Positions 57,819 to 64,000 of a DNA stretch of 64,000 bases are shown one piece after another. Location: the NCBI GenBank assembly GCA_965205015.1, contig OZ242029.1, positions 3,072,001 through 3,136,000 of the forward strand. The letters are read 5' to 3'. Positions within the stretch are counted from its first letter, which is position 1, and the number at the start of each line of letters is the position of its first letter. Position numbers and translations under genes: made by a program. A model generated the notes under the pieces. The model was not told the DNA's origin. It ran no database searches and was given only the letters and a program-made list of their open reading frames with translations. The stretch is from Candidatus Poribacteria bacterium. GTDB taxonomy: Bacteria; Poribacteria; WGA-4E; WGA-3G.

Positions 57819-59342
57819 TTAATCATCCTCAACGGCTTCTACGAAAACCTTAGAGCCTTCCACACTGACGACTTTAACGTTGCTATCTTGTGCAATGAAA
57901 TCGCCGACGGTGACGACATCCACCCGATTATTCGCGATTCGAGCCGTTCCGGAGGGACGCAACGGTGTCAGTGCCGTTCCGGATTTTCCGAGATACGCCT
58001 GAAAGTCCTCCGAGCTCGACGAATAGTACCCGCTCTCAGTGTCCATCACGGTTGACAAAGCAAGCCTCCGGAAAAGTTGGGTCTCCGGTAGATAGAAAGC
58101 GGCGAGAATCACCAGTCCGGCGCTCAAAATTACAGAGATCGAGAGCCACATGACAGCGGTACGGAACTCATAAGCCTTGTCGAAAACGAAGAAGATACTT
58201 CCGATCATCAGCGTGATGCCAAGAATTCCAGCAACACCGAAACCGGGGATGACGAAGACCTCTAAAGCGATAAGTCCAAGTCCAAGCAGAAAGAGTAGGA
58301 ATGCCCATTCCGCTCCGATTTTCGTCAACATGTGTCCACCGAAGAAAAGCCCTACACACAGTAAACCGAGGAATCCAGGGATACCGAAACCGGGCGTGCG
58401 AATTTCTATAAAGATACCGAGGATTCCTAATGAAAGGAGCAGCGAACTGATGAGCGGATTCGTGATAAAGAAAACAATTCTATCCGCAAGTGTCGCTTCA
58501 ACCTCCGTAATACGTGCGCCTGCTAACGTTTTTAGCCGGTTGATCTCTGAAATACCAAAGTCGCGCTTTCGTTGTGCAATGCCGTCCTCTGTGAGCGGGA
58601 GTTTGGTGCCATCTACCTCAACAATTTCGTATTGTGCTAAGAGTTCTGTGAGGGTTTCGGCTTGTGCGTCTGCGAACCCGTATTCTAATGCCTGTTGCGT
58701 TGATAGCGTGAGGAGTTTCCCTTGGGCACAGAGGATTTCCATCTCTTCGCCATCTTCTTCACGCCCAGCGTATTCTTCGGGTAGGAGTTTGATAATCTGG
58801 CCATCTGCGAGTTTTACGAGGACGAGTTCTTTGTCTACCATCGCTTCGGCGATATCCGGGTTCCGATTCTCGCGTTCTGCCGTCGCACGGATCGTTCCCT
58901 GAATATAGGAGATTGCCTTTTCGCCAACCTCCTGCCCTTGAATATTCACGGGTGCCGAGTCCCCAATTGTCCCGCCCGAAGTCATAGCGATCTGATTACA
59001 AGCGATAGAAATCATCGCTCCGGCGGATATAGCCTGTCGATTGACAAAAGCGATTGTGGGAATTTGTGTATCCTGAATGGATCGGATGATGTTTACGGCG
59101 GAATCTACTCGACCGCCCGGTGTATCTACATCGAAAACAATAGCATCGGCACCCGCCTGCTCGGCTGTTTGGATGCCATCACTGATGTAGGTACCGAGTC
59201 CGCTCCCGATCTCATTCCGAATGTCAATCACGTAAACCTGTGCGGGGTCCTGAGCGGACAGATCGCCAGTCATGAAAAGACATCCGATAAACAGGAACAC
59301 ATTTTTTAATTTTACCTTGCGGAGAAATGAAATGGGTTTCAT
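57819..59342 (-). CDS. Long NfeD (ClpP-like protease domain; YqeZ type)
   Basis: DTPGG, AISAGAMI, AEAMVD, GKLLTL, EIRTPGFG, TPLRPSG. Confidence 0.9.
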   Translation of the reverse strand: MKPISFLRKVKLKNVFLFIGCLFMTGDLSAQDPAQVYVIDIRNEIGSGLGTYISDGIQTAEQAGADAIVFDVDTPGGRVDSAVNIIRSIQDTQIPTIAFVNRQAISAGAMISIACNQIAMTSGGTIGDSAPVNIQGQEVGEKAISYIQGTIRATAERENRNPDIAEAMVDKELVLVKLADGQIIKLLPEEYAGREEDGEEMEILCAQGKLLTLSTQQALEYGFADAQAETLTELLAQYEIVEVDGTKLPLTEDGIAQRKRDFGISEINRLKTLAGARITEVEATLADRIVFFITNPLISSLLLSLGILGIFIEIRTPGFGIPGFLGLLCVGLFFGGHMLTKIGAEWAFLLFLLGLGLIALEVFVIPGFGVAGILGITLMIGSIFFVFDKAYEFRTAVMWLSISVILSAGLVILAAFYLPETQLFRRLALSTVMDTESGYYSSSSEDFQAYLGKSGTALTPLRPSGTARIANNRVDVVTVGDFIAQDSNVKVVSVEGSKVFVEAVEDD

Positions 59343-59388
59343 GGTGAATTACCTTTCTTAAATCCGCCTTTCACTTCGTTACAGGCTT
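59302..59388 (-). repeat. CCGCAAGG element, copy 9
   Basis: AAGCCTGTAACGAAGTGAAAGGCGGATTTAAG...CTCCGCAAGGTAAAATTAAAA; contains the nfeD ATG. Confidence 0.75.
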
Positions 59389-59400
59389 GGTATTGTGTGT

Positions 59401-59519
59401 TATAGTAAAACCCGTAATTACTTATACACCAACACAAGGGCGAGGATACAATCCTCGCCAGCGGTGGTGGGGTGTTTGTTCCCTGATGAACTGTAAACAT
59501 ATTTTTGGATTTTGCTATA
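59401..59519. mobile_element. TATAG-ended MITE
   Basis: Near-identical to 39260-39378; TATAGTAAAA/TTTTGCTATA termini. Confidence 0.8.
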
Positions 59520-59611
59520 AAAGAAAAATGTTTCTATCGTAATTTTTAAATAATTGGTAATCAATTCAATTATACCTGAAGACCCCGGTAAACGTCAAGA
59601 CGATTTGCAAT

Positions 59612-60175
59612 TCAATCCGATGTGAACTCTTCTTGGATCCATGCGTGGAGTACATGGTTCAGGATTAAATGGACATCCTCAACGGGCCCGTAGCGATCGC
59701 TATCCACAACGACATTCACATCGCAAATCGTTGCCAAGGCACCGCCACCGAAGCCGGTCCACCCGATTGTTTGACATCCGATGTCTTTCGCGTGTCGCAG
59801 TGCCCGGAGCACGTTCTCTGAATTGCCGCTTGCACTGATACCGATAACGACATCTCCTGGGTTCACAAGATTTTTCAATTGTTCGACGAAAACGTCTTCG
59901 TAAGATACATCGTTTGACCACGCCGTCATGGTCGCGACGTTATCCGTTAAACTGATAACGCGAAAACGGGGTTTACCGGGGACACTCGTGCCTTTTCCTA
60001 AGTCACAGGCGATATGTGATGCTGTAGAAGCACTTCCGCCGTTACCGATCACAAAAATTTGCTTTTCGGCGTAATATCCCTCCATAATAACGTCTATGGA
60101 GCGTCGGACATCTGCCAATGTGAGTCGTTCCAAAACACCTTGGAGATGCGAAATATAACGTTGAATTCTCTCCAT
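59612..60175 (-). CDS. SIS-domain phosphoheptose isomerase-like protein (GmhA family)
   Basis: GNGGSAS.ASH, SNDVSY..VF, ISASGNS, VEDVH. Confidence 0.88.
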   Translation of the reverse strand: MERIQRYISHLQGVLERLTLADVRRSIDVIMEGYYAEKQIFVIGNGGSASTASHIACDLGKGTSVPGKPRFRVISLTDNVATMTAWSNDVSYEDVFVEQLKNLVNPGDVVIGISASGNSENVLRALRHAKDIGCQTIGWTGFGGGALATICDVNVVVDSDRYGPVEDVHLILNHVLHAWIQEEFTSD

Positions 60176-60274
60176 TTTGATTTTCCTGTTTTTCCGCCTT
60201 GGATGTATGCGCCGTAGGTAATATGCGGGCAGGCACAAGACCTGGGGAAACACCCAAGCAAAAAACCCCCTACA

Positions 60275-60399
60275 ATGAAGAATAATTTTTTAATTCGGTA
60301 ATATGCGGGCAGGCACAAGACCTGGGGAAACACCCAAGCAAAAACCCCCTACAATGTCTTTTTTGGATAGGATTACCGAAATATTTATTTAAACTTCAT
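60275..60399. mobile_element. MITE with ATGAAG...TTCGGTAAT imperfect terminal inverted repeats carrying REP units
   Basis: Matches 63505-63700; right end ATTACCGAAATATTTATTTAAACTTCAT. Confidence 0.7.
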
Positions 60400-60483
60400 A
60401 CAGCCTATGCTACGAAAGAGGCACAGGAGACCAACGGTTTCCTATGCTACAATTAATTTTTAGCAGTATGTCGTGAATGATTT

Positions 60484-61452
60484 TTAGACAACTAATGCGA
60501 CGGCAGCGAGGTCCCCCAACGCCTCCCCTAATTGGGCAGGCGCGATATGAACCGCTTCTGCGGGACGCGTCATAGCGAACTTTGAAACCGTCTCCCGAAT
60601 CGGGTTGAGCAGGAGATCACCAGCGGCAACTGCGATAGTTCCGAGTAAAACGATGTCGGGGTTCAAGATGTTGACCACATTTGCGATACCCCACCCCATG
60701 TAGTATGCTGTTTCCGCAACGAGTTCCAAAGCTAAAGCATCACCCGTGCGCGCCGCGGCGAGCACATGCTCCGACTTGACATCTTCAATACGACCGTTGA
60801 CAAGCGTTAGCAGTGTTGTTGATGCCTTTTCATCCTCAAGTTGTTTTTGTATTGCGGCTTGTGCGCGGCGTGCGATCGCAGGACCGGAGCAGAGTGCCTC
60901 AAGGCATCCCTGTTTTCCACAGCCACAACGGGGTCCATTCGGCAAAAGTATCTGATGCCCTACCTCGCCGGCACTGTCGTTCGCCCCGTGGTAAACCTGT
61001 CCGTCGATAACAATACCACCCCCAATGCCTGTACTCATCGTCATATAGAGAACGGCAGTGTAGCCGCGTCCACCACCGAACCTGAACTCTGCGAGTGCAC
61101 TGGCATTCGCGTCGTTCTCAATCGTCACCGGTACCTGAAATTCGGATTCCAGCTGTGCCTTCAGGGGTAGTGCGTCCCATCCGGGTAAGTTCGGAGGTGA
61201 ATAGACAATCCCGGTCTTTGTATCCAACGGACCGCCGCAACTCACGCCTATCGCTGAAATAGATTTCTGTTCCAAGCCGACTTGGCTGACAACCTCACGC
61301 ACCATATCAAACAGCAAGCCGATCGCATATTCGGGTCCCTTTTCTGAGAGCGTCGGTTTACGCACCTTCCCGAGGATGTGTCCGGTCTTGTCAGCGACAA
61401 CAGTCGCCAGCTTTGTTCCACCGATGTCAATGCCGACAACGTATTCCTTCAT
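60484..61452 (-). CDS. ROK family sugar kinase
   Basis: GIDIGGT, ENDANA, STGIGGG, GEVGH, CGCGKQGCLE. Confidence 0.92.
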   Translation of the reverse strand: MKEYVVGIDIGGTKLATVVADKTGHILGKVRKPTLSEKGPEYAIGLLFDMVREVVSQVGLEQKSISAIGVSCGGPLDTKTGIVYSPPNLPGWDALPLKAQLESEFQVPVTIENDANASALAEFRFGGGRGYTAVLYMTMSTGIGGGIVIDGQVYHGANDSAGEVGHQILLPNGPRCGCGKQGCLEALCSGPAIARRAQAAIQKQLEDEKASTTLLTLVNGRIEDVKSEHVLAAARTGDALALELVAETAYYMGWGIANVVNILNPDIVLLGTIAVAAGDLLLNPIRETVSKFAMTRPAEAVHIAPAQLGEALGDLAAVALVV

Positions 61453-61487
61453 AGATAGGCTTCCCATGGGCGCATGTGAAAATAAGT

Positions 61488-62993
61488 CTATAACTGGTAA
61501 TTCAGGGCGCGCAGCGCAGGATATATCTGTTCGTATGCTTTCAATTTCTCATCGTAACGCTGCGTGAATTCCTCACGTGGATAATATACATCGCGTGGTG
61601 TGACCAACTGCTCAACCGCTGTTTCAATGGAAGCGTACTTGCCGATGGCTGTGCCGGAAAGGATAGCAGTGCCGAGGCAGACACCCTCCGATATATCAAG
61701 GGCGATCACCTTTTTCCCAAACATATCCGCTTTGAGTTGGAGCCATTTTTCAGATTTCGCGCCGCCACCGATAGCACGCACCTCGTTTATCACAACTCCG
61801 GCGTCTTGAAGCATCGCGAGGTTCTGTTTAATTTCGTAGCTAATGCCTTCGAGAATCCCTTTGATGAGCTCACCTTTCGTCGTCGAAAGCGTTAATCCGA
61901 CAATTGCCCCCTTCGATTCGAGATCGAGATGAGGCGTGCCTGAACCCGTGAAGTGTGGCAGCACCATGGCTGTCCCAGGCGCATCGGGGAGTGCCTCCAT
62001 CAGTAAATCGTAGACATCGCGTCCTTCTGCGTCTGCTTGCGCGACCTCTGCTTGGGCGAGGGTGTCTCTAAACCACCGAAGCACAACGCCACCACTGGAG
62101 ACAAACCCCAGTGTGACATACAACCCCTCAACAACATGGGGGTAACAGGCGAAATTCCCGTCTATCATATCTTGGTTGATGACGGGTTCCGTGAAAGCGG
62201 GTGCGATACATTCAACAGTGCCGGTTGCGTCCATCACCTCGCCGCTCCGAATAATCCCGGCACCTAAGGCACCGCACGGCTGATCATGTCCACCCGTAAC
62301 GCATACCACGCCTTGCGGTAGACCGAGTTCATCTGCGACCTTCGCGCTGACCTCACCGATCGGTGTGCCTGAGGGTGCGGCGTCTGGAAAAACTGCCGCA
62401 TCTACATTCGCCAGACCGAGCATTTTTTCCGACCAAGTTTTGTTGATAATGTCGAATGCCATCGTGCGTGCCGCGAGGGAGTAGTCTACCACAGGCGAGA
62501 CACCGAGTTTAAAATAGACGAAATCTTCAAAGCCGAGGAATTTCCATACCTGTCGATAGAGGTCGGGTTGATGCTGTTGCATCCAGATGAGTTTCGCCAA
62601 GGTATGAATATCACTCATCGGCATTCCGGTGATTTGCATCACCTCTAACGGCGTTATCTGTTCCTTCAACCTATCGCAGATGCCGGTTGTCCGAGCATCG
62701 AAAGTGGTAATGGCGTTCGCTAAAATCTGACCATCGGCGGATACCGGCGTTACGGCTTCACCTTGTGACGCGACACTGATTGCCTCAATTGGATCGGATT
62801 TCGTTTGTGATGCAACCTGTTGAATGCCAGTGGCTATGTTTTCCCAGACGACGGTCGCGTCGAGTTCCGACCAGCCGGGTTGCGGATGGATCAACGGATA
62901 CTCGCCATACGCCTGTGCGAGCGTCGTTCCATCCTCGCGGAAGGCGATAACCTTACACCCCGTTGTTCCAACATCTATACCCAAAAGACTCAT
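61488..62993 (-). CDS. FGGY carbohydrate kinase (xylulokinase-like)
   Basis: GIDVGTTGCK, GGHDQ, GGGAKS; AAGGAG RBS. Confidence 0.92.
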   Translation of the reverse strand: MSLLGIDVGTTGCKVIAFREDGTTLAQAYGEYPLIHPQPGWSELDATVVWENIATGIQQVASQTKSDPIEAISVASQGEAVTPVSADGQILANAITTFDARTTGICDRLKEQITPLEVMQITGMPMSDIHTLAKLIWMQQHQPDLYRQVWKFLGFEDFVYFKLGVSPVVDYSLAARTMAFDIINKTWSEKMLGLANVDAAVFPDAAPSGTPIGEVSAKVADELGLPQGVVCVTGGHDQPCGALGAGIIRSGEVMDATGTVECIAPAFTEPVINQDMIDGNFACYPHVVEGLYVTLGFVSSGGVVLRWFRDTLAQAEVAQADAEGRDVYDLLMEALPDAPGTAMVLPHFTGSGTPHLDLESKGAIVGLTLSTTKGELIKGILEGISYEIKQNLAMLQDAGVVINEVRAIGGGAKSEKWLQLKADMFGKKVIALDISEGVCLGTAILSGTAIGKYASIETAVEQLVTPRDVYYPREEFTQRYDEKLKAYEQIYPALRALNYQL

Positions 62994-63439
62994 TGATTCC
63001 TTTTCTCCTTGATACGAGATGTGACTATCATACAATAGATTGCAGATTAATGCAAGCATTTGTTGTCGGTTGGCTGTTGGAAACTATAGCGATATGAAAA
63101 TTTCACAGTAAGCGTTTGGAAAAGGGGCTTTGTAACCCTTTCAAAACATAGGTGTGGTGTGGGGTTAGAGCCGTTTGGGGCGTATTACATTTTTGGGTGT
63201 TTACTGTGAAATTTTAAAATTGGGACTCGATTCTATCGCCTGAAAACCCAGTCATAGTGTGGGTTTAGAGCCACTTTGGGAATTTCGTGATTTTTGGGTT
63301 TACTGTGAAAATATCGTTTTGTTGAAATAGATATAGCATGTTGGTAAATTATGACGTTAAAATGTTTAACATTTTTCTGAATGTTCTTGCTGGAGTGAAG
63401 CCTGACTGTGATTTTTGTGATTTTTGTGATTTACAGGAT

Positions 63440-63771
63440 TATAGATGTATCTTGATTGGGGTTGTTCATCTATTAAATGAACATCCAAGAGTTGGCGCGG
63501 TTAGATGAAGATTAAGAATTTAATTCGGTAATATGTGGGCAGGCACAAGACCTGCCCCTACAATGATATGTGGGCAGGCACAAGACCTGCCCCTACAATA
63601 ATATGTGGGCAGGCACAAGACCTGGGGAAACACCCAAGCAAAAACCCCCTACAATGTCTTTTTTGGGATAGGATTACCGAAATATTTATTTAAACTTCAT
63701 GAAACCTCGCCAGCGGCGGCGCGGGGTTTTGTGTTTTAGAGCGTGTTCACTTATTTCAGGGTTTTACTATA
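63440..63771. mobile_element. TATAG MITE interrupted by a nested ATGAAG MITE (63505-63700)
   Basis: GGCGCGGTTAG | insert | GAAACCTCGCC reconstitutes the hairpin seen at 6419-6439. Confidence 0.65.
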
Positions 63772-63780
63772 AAAAGCAAG

Positions 63781-63810
63781 TTGACAAAATACACGGTTTT
63801 AAAGTAAAAT
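63781..63810 (+). promoter_or_regulatory. sigma70-type promoter
   Basis: TTGACA-N18-TAAAAT upstream of AAGGAG RBS. Confidence 0.55.
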
Positions 63811-63873
63811 TTAGGATAACGAACAGTTTATGGCACGCACGTGAAACATCCAATAGCGATAAGGAGTTTGAAC

Positions 63874-64000
63874 ATGCTAACGCAAGAACAGGTCGAATTT
63901 TACCATGAGAACGGGTACCTTAAGGTAGACCAACTCTTCACACCCGCGGAAACGAAAGAGTTGGCATCCGAGATGGTACGGATTATCAACAATTGGGGAC
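63874..64000 (+). CDS. Phytanoyl-CoA dioxygenase family protein (5' part)
   Basis: MLTQEQVEFYHENGYL N-terminus; AAGGAG RBS. Confidence 0.75.
   Translation, partial: MLTQEQVEFYHENGYLKVDQLFTPAETKELASEMVRIINNWG

Noticed and set aside
63831-63846. TGGCACG as a sigma54 promoter
   Set aside because: No TTGC at -12.

Overview
Bacterial chromosomal window of moderate GC. The many 'NYPNPFNPETWIPY' C-terminal domains, LRR/WD40/TPR proteins, cohesin/dockerin modules, AAA-nuclease paralogs, a sulfatase and a PhyH gene suggest Candidatus Poribacteria or a relative (inference, no marker gene seen). Left to right: a split B12 methyltransferase module (homocysteine methyltransferase domain, ASKHA reductive activator, corrinoid protein); TatT/TatP; USP; GcvT/YgfZ; a DUF4097-CBM9-POTRA-Omp85 fusion; XylA-like isomerase; adenylate kinase; a ~15 kb minus-strand cluster of secreted modular proteins behind a consensus sigma54 promoter, flanked by two AAA-nuclease paralogs and a sensor-less sigma54 activator; glycosyltransferase; two GNATs; aroK-aroB; a DUF4258/YgiT pair whose toxin is interrupted by a TnpB right-end remnant; a four-gene DUF6754 membrane operon; isomerase and sulfatase; vWA protein; an NfeD-NfeD-FloA-FloA-amidase-epimerase-SDR run; SIS/ROK/FGGY sugar genes; and the start of a PhyH gene. 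At least five families of small repeats are present. The most unusual has nine copies with conserved ends and a variable core, and its 3' end usually abuts or overlaps the start of a co-oriented gene. I saw no rRNA, tRNA, CRISPR array or intact transposase. All calls come from reading motifs by eye, without database searches.
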